The notes: generated from the sequence alone by a model not told the origin. Counted from the stretch's first letter, positions 1 through 10,138 are shown. The stretch: DNA of 33,562 nt from an uncultured delta proteobacterium (GCA_963804165.1 CAWDPO010000044.1:1-33562); one strand, 5' to 3'. Numbers and translations are program-made.

Positions 1-447
1 CCCGAGCAATGTGCACGCCCCACGCCATCGTTTAGCTAGCGCATAACAAAGCGGTCAGCCAACTAATGCAAAAAAACCGTTAAGCGCGCTCGTCATGGAT
101 GCCAAAATACGAGGGTTCTTAAAGATGAGAAAGAGCATAAGTGTTATAGTCAAGAACAATTTGGCTGGCAAGAGCACATCTTGTTTGGCGCCGCGCTTTA
201 CGAGTAAACCTCCTTTGCTCTCTGACATTACGTTACGACTGATTTCCTCCTGGCGACCCTCTCCCATACAAGCTGACCAAGCGAGCCACCATCACGGCAA
301 GGAATAGCTGGCCTCCGACCCCTTCGACGATGGCGAGGCCGCGTGCCACATCGCTGCGCGGAACGATTTCTCCGTAGCCGAGAGTGGCAATCGTGACGAT
401 GAAAAGGAGCATGTGCTCGTTTCCGAATTCCGCGTGCTAACCCTCGC

Positions 448-819
448 TCATCGTCCCATGCGCCGGTCGTAAGCGCGCGAGATATCGTTGGCCAAATTCG
501 CATCCCCACCTTGAGGCCCGCGCGCTGAGATCTCCACGCGAACTCTTCCGTCCGCCTGGGTCATAACAGTGATCGTTACATCGCGGCTATCGTTGGCGCC
601 GGTGATAACTCCCCGCGCTCGATCTTCAGACGCGATGCGAACACCAACATCTTGCGCCGCTCCTACGGCAGCGGTCCACGACCGCTCAAAGCTGTTAGCA
701 GGAGGCGCGTAAGCAGGGACGGGCTCATAGACGACACAGCCCGTGACGATAATCGGCACTGCTACGAGGGCTATTGCAAAGCGAGCTATCACTATGACGA
801 TGAAAACTTTTGCTTTCAC
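448..819 (-). CDS. Hypothetical lipoprotein (123 aa)
   Basis: GTG start, basic N-terminus, hydrophobic stretch ending in a lipobox-like IVTG-C, then a compact alpha/beta-looking domain. Confidence 0.75.
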   Translation of the reverse strand: MKAKVFIVIVIARFAIALVAVPIIVTGCVVYEPVPAYAPPANSFERSWTAAVGAAQDVGVRIASEDRARGVITGANDSRDVTITVMTQADGRVRVEISARGPQGGDANLANDISRAYDRRMGR

Positions 820-1071
820 TATGCTGTTCTCCCGTGGTCGGCCTTAGCGAAGCGAGACTGCAAAGAAACGTTGTAGGACCACAACCTATTGCGCATTCAG
901 CGACATGCGCGCTTGAATATCTCGATTCATGCTCTAGCGCAGGTCTACAAACGCCTGATCGAGCGACCAGAGAAAACGGAGTTTCTTTTTAACTTCATTT
1001 CCGTTCTCTCCCGTTAGTTTTCCCGCCCTTCTTCACCCGCCACTCATCCCCGGCCCCTCTGTCACATCTAC

Positions 1072-1517
1072 TTACTTCATCTTGATTATCAGTCCACTGG
1101 TGCCTAGTTGGAGCTTGGCGCCCTGAGAAACTGAACGAATGTGAATAATCACTCCATCCTGATTCTTAGCACCATACCGCCCACGCCTCCGGCCAGTGTA
1201 ATCCCGGCTTCAGCGGCCACGTAGGTTCCCGCCAACTTCGCGCTGTCGGTCAAATTGTATACGTCCCCAGTAGCACTCGCTTTGCTGATGCCGAAATCTA
1301 CCAGCGTCAAACCGTCGATGGAGAACGGGTAATCTTTCCCTTTGAAATTGAGTTTCCCATCGCCCTAGGTCACGCCGATGCCGGCAGCAATCGACTTGCT
1401 CTCCATCGTTACTTTTCCCGAAGGCTTCGCACTCTCTCCCGACATGGCAGTCGTTACGAGAACCGTCAGCACCAAAAAAGATAAAATCGATCGTGAAAAC
1501 CACCGAAGACTAAACAT
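1072..1517 (-). pseudogene. Disrupted secreted protein resembling DUF1134/EipA-like proteins (~148 aa)
   Basis: Not in the ORF track. GGAGG RBS precedes ATG at 1517. Manual translation: MFSLRWFSRSILSFLVLTVLVTTAMSGESAKPSGKVTMESKSIAAGIGVT*GDGKLNFKGKDYPFSIDGLTLVDFG...GGVGGMVL / NQDGVIIHIRSVSQGAKLQLGTSGLIIKMK*. In-frame TAG at 1365-1367 and a 1-nt deletion near 1164 (span 446 = 3n+2). Confidence 0.75.
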
Positions 1518-1791
1518 GTGAACCTCCTCTAATCTATGGACTCTAGGTTTTGCCAGAAACTTTTTTCTGCTTTGCTCTTCACTTTTCGACCAGCGTCATA
1601 CCCACCGAATCGTTCATACAAGCCTCCTTTCTTTCCACCGCTCGGTCGCGCCTTTTTTGCGCCCTTGGGTTGAATGAGGCTCCAAAAACGGTGCACAGGA
1701 TGCGCTTATTCCGTCGATCACACTTGATTTGCGCGCTTCCGGTCAGCAATCCGGTGTCTTCAGCCGTCCTCCCTTTGCCTTCGCGGCTTTT

Positions 1792-2036
1792 TCAGCCGGA
1801 CCGCTTAACCACTTCACGCGCCTTCTTTTGCGTTTCTTCGAGTTCGAGCATCAGCTCGGAGGCCGTGAAGTACTTGAAGGTGTTGCGCACGTAGGTCGTC
1901 GTTTCGATGCCGACTTTCTCCGCCGTGACTACCTTGACGTTGTTGAACCACTTGTCCGGATCGAGATTACCCTTGGCGGCTTCCTTGCGCATGCTGGCGA
2001 TTCGCGCCGGACCGGCGTTGTAGGCAGCAAAAAAGA
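1792..2036 (-). pseudogene. Orphan 3' fragment of an MltF-like lytic transglycosylase
   Basis: Encodes AAYNAGPARIASMRKEAAKGNLDPDKWFNNV...ETTTYVRN (SLT AYNAG motif). Inverted, diverged copy of ~30005-30254. Confidence 0.85.
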
Positions 2037-2039
2037 GAC

Positions 2040-2163
2040 GCGATGAGCGCCACCGGAGAATTCGCCGGAGCTCCTACGGAGGCACGGAAGAGCTCAGCGT
2101 GCTGTAATTTTGTTTCAGCGGTCGCCGTGTACAAGCGACCCTCGTCCATGCGGCGCTCATCGC
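2040..2163. repeat. 124-bp segment bounded by a perfect 12-bp inverted repeat, with internal hairpins
   Basis: GCGATGAGCGCC (2040-2051) pairs with GGCGCTCATCGC (2152-2163). Internal stem GGTCGC/GCGACC (2120-2140). Confidence 0.5.
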
Positions 2164-2478
2164 TGACGGCGGAACTCCGCGTGTGAAGGGGGGAGCCGCA
2201 GTACCAGTCTCTACGGCCCGCGCAGAATTCACCCGTCAAACCTCTTTACGACAATAGTTTAGCCGCCGATGCGTCGTTCAGAAAAATAATCCACGCGCGC
2301 CGCAAATGAATGCTTTGAAACATCGCGCGCGCTCCATCACATCATCCGTCTAAGTCGCGCGTAGCCGTCCTTGATTTCGTCGATTGCGAGCTCCAGAGAC
2401 GCGCTTATGGGTTCTTGTCCGGCGCTTTGTACAGTTGTGAATGACTAGCCAATGTGACGATGGGTCATCCGACGCATA

Positions 2479-2769
2479 TCAGGCGCGCGCCATCGCGCCC
2501 TTGATGAGCCCGATGACGAGCGTCACTAAAGCTCCGCCCAGGCCGCAGATCGCGATGTTGCCGATCAGGGACCCGGCATCGAGAGCATCGCTGCCAGAGC
2601 CGGTAGCTATGCCGAGCGACTGTAGAATCACGCCAACAATCCCACCGCCGAGGACGCCGAGTAACGAATCTCCGGTTGGCCCTAAGCTCTGATCTTTCAG
2701 AGCGCCGCCCACCATGTTGCCGCCGATGGCCCCGCTGATCAGACTGGCAATCAAATTGCTCATATCCAT
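2479..2769 (-). CDS. Small glycine-rich membrane protein (96 aa)
   Basis: GGAG RBS; three Gly-zipper hydrophobic segments (LISGAIGGNMVGG, LLGVLGGGIVGVIL, ICGLGGALVTLVIGLI); lies downstream of aqpZ. Confidence 0.85.
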   Translation of the reverse strand: MDMSNLIASLISGAIGGNMVGGALKDQSLGPTGDSLLGVLGGGIVGVILQSLGIATGSGSDALDAGSLIGNIAICGLGGALVTLVIGLIKGAMARA

Positions 2770-2952
2770 TGGAATCTCCTTCCGAGGAAGGATTTGTTTC
2801 TCGCGCTTTCATTTGCGCCTTCGTCTCGAAAAACTTTTACGGCCTAAGTGCGTGATGTGCCTCACTGACGTGCCATCGCCAGTTGAAGCGTACTCGGGCG
2901 AGCCTGTTCAGCCCTCGAAAGGGTAACTCGAACGGGATATGAAACATCGCGG

Positions 2953-2984
2953 ATCGCCGCGAGCCCGGGGCGCTTCGCGGCGAT
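2953..2984. terminator. GC-rich hairpin just downstream of aqpZ (possible terminator or mRNA-stabilising stem)
   Basis: Perfect 10-bp stem ATCGCCGCGA/TCGCGGCGAT starting 9 nt after the aqpZ stop; no strong U-tract on the minus strand. Confidence 0.35.
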
Positions 2985-2993
2985 TTCATACCG

Positions 2994-3728
2994 TCATGCC
3001 ACTTTCGCCGCAACCTTTGTCGCCCGCGCAGGAGCGATTTCCCCCGCGATGGCGCGGTAGCTCACCCCGCCTAAAGCGGCGCCGATCAGCGGCGCGACCC
3101 AGAAAAGCCAAAGTTGATCCAGTGCCCAGCTTCCGACAATAAGTGCCGGCCCAGTGCTTCGTGCGGGATTCACCGAAGTATTGGTCACGGGAATGCTGAT
3201 CAAATGAATAAGTGTTAGAGCCAATCCGATGGCGATCGGCGCAAACCCTGCGGGCGCGCGCTCGTCGGTGGACCCGAGAATGATCATCAAAAACATGAAT
3301 GTCATGACCACTTCAGTGACGAAGCCGGATACCAGCGAGTAACCGCCCGGTGAATGCTCCGCATAGCCGTTGGACGCAAGCCCACCAGCGAGGTCAAATC
3401 CCGCCTTGCCGCTGGCGATCAGATAGAGCAACGCCGCTGCGACGACGGCGCCGATCACCTGGGCAATAATGTACGGAATAGCTTCGGATGATTTGAAGCG
3501 CCCCCCGACAACTAACCCAACGGTAACGGCCGGGTTCAAATGACAACCTGAGATATGACCGATCCCAAATGCCATCGTGAGCACGGTTAGACCGAAGGCG
3601 AGCGAGACGCCCAAGAGTCCAATGCCTACGTTGGGAAATGCCGCGGCAAGAACGGCGCTGCCGCACCCTCCCAATACTAGCCAGAAAGTTCCGACGAACT
3701 CCGCTGCCAGACGATTCGTGAGTGGCAT
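2994..3728 (-). CDS. aqpZ: Aquaporin Z
   Basis: [28 protein letters not shown] and [10 protein letters not shown] (both NPA motifs), LWLFWVAP; GAGGAG RBS. Confidence 0.97.
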   Translation of the reverse strand: MPLTNRLAAEFVGTFWLVLGGCGSAVLAAAFPNVGIGLLGVSLAFGLTVLTMAFGIGHISGCHLNPAVTVGLVVGGRFKSSEAIPYIIAQVIGAVVAAALLYLIASGKAGFDLAGGLASNGYAEHSPGGYSLVSGFVTEVVMTFMFLMIILGSTDERAPAGFAPIAIGLALTLIHLISIPVTNTSVNPARSTGPALIVGSWALDQLWLFWVAPLIGAALGGVSYRAIAGEIAPARATKVAAKVA

Positions 3729-3873
3729 AGTTTTCTCCTCTCTATAAGTCTTGTTTCAAACAACTGTATGCAACGGTCACTGCCTTGCCATCGCCGCCTT
3801 GAGGAAAGCTTTTATTTCCTCTTCGGTGTCCCGGTTCATCTTTGCGAATCTATAGTTTTCCTACGATAGCTGG

Positions 3874-3912
3874 CATCGGGCGTTCCCTGATTTTGCGTCC
3901 GTTTTTCCTTAG
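3874..3912 (-). promoter_or_regulatory. Bipartite candidate transcription-factor site upstream of aqpZ
   Basis: Gene-sense CTAAGGAAAAACG-N10-CAGGGAACGCCCGA-TG; recurs upstream of 4-5 other genes in the window. Confidence 0.7.
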
Positions 3913-3982
3913 CCTGAAGAATTCGGAACCGTTTCCGCCGCTGATCGTTGAGGTGCGCCAAAACGCGCGGCACGAGACTCAG

Positions 3983-4807
3983 TCACCCGAGCAGAAACAC
4001 AAGAAAAAACATCTGGAAGACGTTGGCGCCAATTTTCCACGATAAATTGAGCGTTGTAGCGCGATTGACATAATCAACGCGGACTTCGTTGGCCAGTCGC
4101 TCCAGCCTAGCTTTGATCCCGCCCTCCGCCTTTGCAGCCCGCTCCTGCAGCGAAACAATCTTCGCCTCGGCTTCAAGCTTGATTGACGCGGCGCGAGATC
4201 TGGCCCGCTCTTTCGTCGCCTGTAACCTGTCCTTTTTTACCTTCAGCATTACTTGCAGTTGGTCCTTCGATTGATCGCGCGTGTGTAATAGTTGCCCCTC
4301 GATGGTGTGGATTTCGCGGTGCAAAGCGTCCATCTCGTTGGCTATCTGCGCATCCATGACTTCGCGTCGCACACAACGAAATACAATTCCGCCCTGGGAT
4401 TCGAGCAAAGTATCGATGGGGGTCAGCCGTTCCTCGTCGACCTCGGACACAATAGCTGCTGTTCCGGGCAATAGATGGCGCGATACTTCATCGAGAAAGC
4501 CGCCGTCGACACCAACGTTCGCCAGTTCTAGCATCAAGTCAGTGGTGCATTCTGCTGTGGCCTCCTCCGCGGATTGCCACGAGTGACCGAGTAAGCCGAT
4601 TAAACTACGAGTGGCTGTTGCGAGAGCCGGATCTCGAGAATTTTGATCGCGAGCGAAATTCACGATGACAATCCTTTTAAAGCCTTTTACGATCACCGCC
4701 AAAGCGTACACCAGTACCACGCCCTCAGTACTCAGTTCCTTCATCGCGCGCGCAGCGGCCGACGCCTGTCTTTCAGTTTCAAATACCGCGACAAGCATGT
4801 TATCCAT
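3983..4807 (-). CDS. DUF1269-like protein with C-terminal coiled coil
   Basis: MLVAVFETERQA..., GVDGGFLDEVSRHLLPGTAAIVSEVDEE, then a helical tail (EAEAKIVSLQERAAKA); GGAG RBS. Confidence 0.75.
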   Translation of the reverse strand: MDNMLVAVFETERQASAAARAMKELSTEGVVLVYALAVIVKGFKRIVIVNFARDQNSRDPALATATRSLIGLLGHSWQSAEEATAECTTDLMLELANVGVDGGFLDEVSRHLLPGTAAIVSEVDEERLTPIDTLLESQGGIVFRCVRREVMDAQIANEMDALHREIHTIEGQLLHTRDQSKDQLQVMLKVKKDRLQATKERARSRAASIKLEAEAKIVSLQERAAKAEGGIKARLERLANEVRVDYVNRATTLNLSWKIGANVFQMFFLVFLLG

Positions 4808-4902
4808 CGTAAACTCCGTTTTTGCCCGTATTCGCTTTTTATCTTTTCACTTTCACGGTAGCCGCAGATGAGGTCTCTGGACCGTCGTGGCGCTAAACTC
4901 TG

Positions 4903-4919
4903 AGCGAGCTTCGTGCCTT
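4903..4919 (-). promoter_or_regulatory. Candidate sigma-54 (-24/-12) promoter for the DUF1269-like gene
   Basis: Minus strand AAGGCACGAAGCTCGCT: GG-N10-GC with GGCACG, ~95 bp upstream of ATG 4807. The -12 box is TCGC rather than TTGC. Confidence 0.45.
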
Positions 4920-4928
4920 GCCTGTCGA

Positions 4929-5987
4929 TCATTTGGTATAGTTTGGACCTTCGGTTTTCATGCTGGCAACTTGCACCTCGGATCGGAGATTCGGTTTTGA
5001 TAACTCAGGCATTGGTCGATTCCATCCAACGTCGCCTTCGAGCGAGCGGAATTTTTTACGCTTGGCATCGATCATTCCCAGGTAATGGTAGATGCGACCC
5101 TTGCTACGATAGCGCTTCCGCTCTTTGCCTATCAACGTGTAATAGACATACTGCGCATTCGCGCGTACAAGATTAAACCCTATTTGAACATGACTGCGAT
5201 CGCTAATCAGCAATCGACTCCTGCCTTGTTGCCAGTGTCTCTTTATAAAGTATTCGTCGGTCAATCGGTTCCGGTCCACGTGATGGTACACTACGGCGTT
5301 GGGCGCAAGTCCGATGGCGATACCCCCTTGCGTCAACCGGGAAGCGAATTCTACGTCTTCAGATGTTCCCGCAGCACCTGGACCCAAACGTTCGTCGAAT
5401 CCCCCGATGCGATCGAAGGCGCCGCGCCGCACAAAAAAATTAGACCCATTCAAGGATCGGACTTCCTTCAGACTCGAGTCGTGATCGACAATCGGAATCG
5501 TTCGATACCGTTGGTTTAATCTCCGCACCTCGGGATCATCTCCCGCCGGAGATTGAAGTCGAACCGTGCCTTGTCCGGCACCGTATCCACTCGTGTTAAA
5601 AAACGTTTCAATAGACGTTAGCCACGTCTTGTCCACGACGACGTCATCGTCTAAAAATGCCAGGACGTTACCCGTCGATAGGCGCACGGCGTCGTTAATC
5701 GCTGCCGATTTTCCGCCCCGTAGAACCCGCAGAAAACGGATTGTCGTTGGAAAGGACCCGGCGATCCCCGTGAGGTACTCATAAGTATCGTCCCGTGAGT
5801 TATTATCGGCAACAATGATTTCCGGCACGATCCGGTCAATTGCAGTTAGTCGTTGGATGCTGTCCAGGAGGTGAGAAAGTATTTCGCGTCGATCTTTGGT
5901 GGGAATAATGATCGTCGGTTGAAATGGCATAGCCATCCTCGTCTGCGCGTGGCAAGAGACGTTCCGTTTATCGCTATCAACCGCCAA
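4929..5987 (-). CDS. Glycosyltransferase family 2 (GT-A fold); likely start at ATG 5930
   Basis: IIIPTKDR, IIVADNNSRD, FLDDDVVV (DxD), IGGFDERLG, SEDVEF; GAGG lies 6 nt before ATG 5930. Confidence 0.92.
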   Translation of the reverse strand: MAVDSDKRNVSCHAQTRMAMPFQPTIIIPTKDRREILSHLLDSIQRLTAIDRIVPEIIVADNNSRDDTYEYLTGIAGSFPTTIRFLRVLRGGKSAAINDAVRLSTGNVLAFLDDDVVVDKTWLTSIETFFNTSGYGAGQGTVRLQSPAGDDPEVRRLNQRYRTIPIVDHDSSLKEVRSLNGSNFFVRRGAFDRIGGFDERLGPGAAGTSEDVEFASRLTQGGIAIGLAPNAVVYHHVDRNRLTDEYFIKRHWQQGRSRLLISDRSHVQIGFNLVRANAQYVYYTLIGKERKRYRSKGRIYHYLGMIDAKRKKFRSLEGDVGWNRPMPELSKPNLRSEVQVASMKTEGPNYTK

Positions 5988-6307
5988 TTGAAGTGCTGGC
6001 TTTAAATAATCCGAGCCTATGATTGATGCTGTACTCTCGCGAGGCTAACCTGAACGGCGCTCGGTGGCTATCAGGCACTCGCTGATTTGCGACCTCCGAA
6101 AACCTGAGAAGGGGTAGCGCGATTTGCGCGCGGTAGACAGAGCTAGAGGAATGCCTATGGATAACGCCCGAGAACCCGCCAGCCGAAAAATCCAATATTC
6201 TAGTAAAAGTGACGCCACCCGATTGATATAAGGTACAGTCGGGTGCTTGGCGGGTTGGGGTCAGGGCAATAGTGTCGCCGGTGTCGTCATAGACGATAGC
6301 AAGGTAA

Positions 6308-9300
6308 CTAATTGTCTTTTAAAGCGTCGAAACCATTTTTACTACTTCGCCGCTGCAAATCATTATTCTTTTCACGGGCAGGTCTCTGAAGGGCCAGCTT
6401 GCTCATGCGGGAACGTAACGTGTTGGGATGCAGCCCTAAAATCACCGCCGCCCCCTTCGGCCCTTCAATCCGCCAATTCGTTTGATGCAAGACCTCTAGA
6501 ATATGGGCTTTCTCTAGGTCGGCCAACGTGGCCTCTCGTTCGGCAGTGATCGTCTCTGGGATTGAAGTTGGTTTCCCGTTCGAGCTCTTGCCCGGGTTGC
6601 GGTCAATCACACTGTCTTCTACCTTCCACCCTTCTGGCAGTTGGAGGGTTGGACCTGTGGAGGTGACGGTCGCTCTGCCGATCACATTCTCCAACTCGCG
6701 CACGTTGCCGGGCCAACTGTAGCCCTGCAACGCTTCGATCACTTCACTCGGTATTTTCCCAAAACTCTTCCCCAACCGCCGCCCCGCTTCCTGTAAAAAT
6801 ACCTCTGCCAATAACCCAATGTCTTCTCTGCGCTCCCTCAGCGGCGGAATCTCGATCGGATAAACATTTAACCGATAGTATAAATCGGTGCGAAATCTCC
6901 CCCGTTGCGCCGCTTCGCTCAGATTGCGGTTGGTCGCCGCGATCACCCGCACATCGACCTTGACCGTCTTGCCGCTCCCCACCCGCTCAAACTCCCCCTC
7001 CTGCAATACCCTCAATAACTTCGACTGCAGCCTTAACGGCAGTTCGCCCACCTCGTCGAGAAATATCGTCCCCCCATCGGCTAACTCAAACCGTCCCACC
7101 TGCTTGGAGACCGCCCCCGTAAACGCTCCCCGCTCATGACCAAACAACTCACTCTCGATCAGCTCCCCAGGCAGTGCCGAACAGTTCACCTTCACCAACG
7201 GCCGCTCCCGCCGCCCGCTCTTCTCATGTAACAACCGCGCCACCAATTCTTTTCCCGTCCCGGTCTCGCCCAACACCAACACCGTCATGTCCGTCCGCGC
7301 CACCCGCTCCACTTGCTCTAAAACCTTCGCGATCCCTTGACTCTCCCCGAGGATCTCGCCGTACCGATGAACACCCGATACCTCAGAGCGCAAATACACG
7401 TTCTCCGCTTCCAACCGCTCCTTTAACCGCCCCACCTCCGCTAGTGCCTTCTTCAACTCTTCCTCCGCTCGCTTGCGGTCCGTGATGTCGCGGCCGACCC
7501 CCTGCATTTCAATGACGCGGCCCTCTGAATCAATTAGCAAATGATTAGTCCAGCGCTGCCATCCCACACTTCCATCCGGTCTGGTAACCTCGTGCTCGTG
7601 CTCGCTGGTTTTCGTCTCGGGATATTTGCAGAGCATTTCCATATGTTCGAGGACGGCATTGCGCGCGCTCAGCGGAATAAGCTGCAAAAATTTCGTCCCG
7701 ATTAGCTGTTCGCGTGATCTTCCGAAGTAGCGGCAATAAGCATCGTTGACGAAGGTCAGCGTCGTGTCAGGCAAGTTGCGGCAAATCAGCTCGGCTTGAG
7801 TTTCCACGACGTTGCGATACCTGTCTTCACTCTCACTCAGCGCATCCTCCACCAGCTTTCGCTCGGTGATGTCGGTTACCGCGCCGATGTAGCCTAAGAA
7901 TTCCCCTTGAGGACCGAATCGCGGCGAGCCCGTGTCGATGACCGACCGGTATTGCCCGTCGTGGCGTCGCAATCGGTAATCAAATTGGAACGGCTCACGG
8001 TTCTGCATTGCAACCTCGGCGAGCTTTTTGATCGCTTCCCGATCGTCCGGGTGGATACTCGCGAGCCAGCCGAACCCAAGTTGTTCTGCGAAAACCGTTC
8101 CCGTAAATTCAGTCCATTGTTTGTTCACGTAGGTGCATCGACCCAGAGCATCGTTGATCCAAATTATGGTGGGAACATAGTCGGCCAGGTAGCGGAAGCG
8201 GGCTTCGCTTTCCCGCAAGGTGTCCTCCATGCGTTTTCGCTCGGTGATATCCGCGACAATACCGCCGGTCGCATAAACATTTCCGCCTCCGTCGAAGAGC
8301 GGAAACTTGTAGACGACACTGGTATGCAGGCCGTCATCGTGAGCGGCAACTTCCTCGAATTGTGACGCCGATCCGGTTTTGAGCACCGTGAGATCATTGG
8401 CGCGAAACGCAGCGGCTTCCTCGTGAGGAAATAAGTCAAAATCGGTCTTTCCGACGATGTCTTCGGGCGATAAATGCGCGGGTATCTTGAACCGCAAGTT
8501 GGCATATAGATAACGGCCCTCCGGGTCCTTGAGAAAGATGATGGCGGGGCAGTTGTCCATGATCGTCTTCAGCAAAGTCTGATTTTCGCGCAGTGATTCC
8601 TCGGCGTTCTTGCGCGCGGTAATGTCGCGCACCATGGTGAGAATCTGCTCGTCTTGGTAGCGAATCATGCGAGCTTCAAAATGGCGCGTTTGCTCATTCA
8701 TCGGTAAACTATATTCGTGAATGACCGGCTCACCCGACTCGCCCGCGCGTTTGAAGCATTCCAAAAAAACCTCAGCAACGTCATTAGGAAGCACTTCGCT
8801 CATGTTCTTGCCAAGAAAGTTTTCCGGCCGCAGCAACAGATCCCGGGTGTCTTTGAAGTGACAGTCCACATAAACACCGTCGATCGTTTGGATAAACATA
8901 AGATCGGGCACGGCATTCAGAATTGCGCGATTCTTGGTTTCGCTCACCGTCAAAGACGCGTTTGCGTGTTCCAGCTCCAAGCATTGTCCCTCGACAGCTA
9001 ACTCGGCGCGCTTTCTCCGTCGCTGCTGCAACCAGAGAGCGATCACCAGCAAACTCTCGATGACGAGAAGAACGGCAACCCCAAGAATTTGCCATCGATA
9101 CTCCTGCCAAAGCGTGGGTTGCCGAAATAGGACGATGGTATCCGGCGATAACCGCTGCTCGTTCAGACCCCAATGTTTCAACTGCCGCCAATCGACGGTC
9201 AGAGGGGTCGACGGCGGAAATTCCACGGCTATCTTGTCAGGATTTTCACCCGCGAGAATCCGCGCGATCAACTTTCCTGCTTGTTGAGCATTGCGATCGA

Positions 9301-10138
9301 AGTTTGTCAGCGCCCCGCCGACAATCCCCAACCCCATGAAGTCCTCGTAGAACCCGTAGACGGGCGTTGCGGATACGTTGGCCAATTGGGCCATGACGTC
9401 GCGCGGAATCGTCGTTTTCCCCTCAGCGTCTTGGAACATTGACGTGTACAAAACGACCGTGTCCCGGGGCAGCGTGCTTACCGTCTCGAGAATTTCCGGC
9501 AGCGAGTGATGGGTGAGATAGGTGACCTTTACTTTCTGTTCATACGGACGCAGGGCGCTCTGCACGAGCGGAATCCACGCTTGATCAGTTGCCGTGACTC
9601 CGCTCACGACTACAACATGGCCGGCGTTCGGTTGGAGACGAAATGCCAACCTCAAGGTGCCGGCAAAGTCGATTCTTCCGACTACCCCGGTAACGCGTCG
9701 GCCGAGTGAGCGCTGGCGCACAGCGCTCTCTGAAGCGCCCAAGAACACAACGGCTGAGTCTGGCCACAACTGAGTGCGATGCTTGAGCACAAAATCAAGC
9801 GTCGGCATTTGTACGGTCATGACGATATCGAATTTCCGATCGCGGTATTTTTGCCGAAGAAAGCTGGCAAAGGCCGACTCGTAATCCGAGTTGGCGAGAC
9901 TCGGCGGGTCAAAGGATTCCGAGTCAAAATCGATTGGCTGTGGTCCCGCGGCGGCAACGATCTCCCGCATCATGCGCTCGACGATCACGTCGCCTGGGAT
10001 AAGCGTGTTTGCGCCATGCAAAATCAACATACGGCGAGGAATCTCTGCGTGAGCGCTCGCGCCAATGGCGAGCCAAAGCAGACCCATAATGAGAGCTAAA
10101 GACAGGCTTCTGAATATTCGTCTGACCCTGGCTGGCAT
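6308..10138 (-). CDS. Sigma-54 EBP1: signal peptide, extracytoplasmic substrate-binding-like sensor, TM, 4 PAS, AAA+, Fis-type HTH (FhlA-like C-terminus)
   Basis: Walker A GETGTGKE, ESELFGHERGAFTGA, Walker B IFLDEVGEL, WPGNVRELEN, HTH GAAVILGLHPNTLRSRM, four DITxRK PAS ends, TM WQILGVAVLLVIESLLVIALWL. ATG 10138 (GGAG RBS) chosen over the ORF-track start at 10324. Confidence 0.93.
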   Translation of the reverse strand: MPARVRRIFRSLSLALIMGLLWLAIGASAHAEIPRRMLILHGANTLIPGDVIVERMMREIVAAAGPQPIDFDSESFDPPSLANSDYESAFASFLRQKYRDRKFDIVMTVQMPTLDFVLKHRTQLWPDSAVVFLGASESAVRQRSLGRRVTGVVGRIDFAGTLRLAFRLQPNAGHVVVVSGVTATDQAWIPLVQSALRPYEQKVKVTYLTHHSLPEILETVSTLPRDTVVLYTSMFQDAEGKTTIPRDVMAQLANVSATPVYGFYEDFMGLGIVGGALTNFDRNAQQAGKLIARILAGENPDKIAVEFPPSTPLTVDWRQLKHWGLNEQRLSPDTIVLFRQPTLWQEYRWQILGVAVLLVIESLLVIALWLQQRRRKRAELAVEGQCLELEHANASLTVSETKNRAILNAVPDLMFIQTIDGVYVDCHFKDTRDLLLRPENFLGKNMSEVLPNDVAEVFLECFKRAGESGEPVIHEYSLPMNEQTRHFEARMIRYQDEQILTMVRDITARKNAEESLRENQTLLKTIMDNCPAIIFLKDPEGRYLYANLRFKIPAHLSPEDIVGKTDFDLFPHEEAAAFRANDLTVLKTGSASQFEEVAAHDDGLHTSVVYKFPLFDGGGNVYATGGIVADITERKRMEDTLRESEARFRYLADYVPTIIWINDALGRCTYVNKQWTEFTGTVFAEQLGFGWLASIHPDDREAIKKLAEVAMQNREPFQFDYRLRRHDGQYRSVIDTGSPRFGPQGEFLGYIGAVTDITERKLVEDALSESEDRYRNVVETQAELICRNLPDTTLTFVNDAYCRYFGRSREQLIGTKFLQLIPLSARNAVLEHMEMLCKYPETKTSEHEHEVTRPDGSVGWQRWTNHLLIDSEGRVIEMQGVGRDITDRKRAEEELKKALAEVGRLKERLEAENVYLRSEVSGVHRYGEILGESQGIAKVLEQVERVARTDMTVLVLGETGTGKELVARLLHEKSGRRERPLVKVNCSALPGELIESELFGHERGAFTGAVSKQVGRFELADGGTIFLDEVGELPLRLQSKLLRVLQEGEFERVGSGKTVKVDVRVIAATNRNLSEAAQRGRFRTDLYYRLNVYPIEIPPLRERREDIGLLAEVFLQEAGRRLGKSFGKIPSEVIEALQGYSWPGNVRELENVIGRATVTSTGPTLQLPEGWKVEDSVIDRNPGKSSNGKPTSIPETITAEREATLADLEKAHILEVLHQTNWRIEGPKGAAVILGLHPNTLRSRMSKLALQRPAREKNNDLQRRSSKNGFDALKDN
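6624..7489. repeat. Direct repeat copy A (866 bp, AAA+ cassette)
   Basis: Aligns without gaps to 15146-16011 (offset 8522); about 8 mismatches by manual count. Confidence 0.97.

Noticed and set aside
41-85. Integron attC-like ends GCATAAC...GTTAAGC
   Set aside because: Only ~45 bp, poor internal complementarity, and no integrase or cassette array.
55-420. Short ORFs at the left edge
   Set aside because: No recognisable motifs or convincing RBS, and they overlap in conflicting frames.
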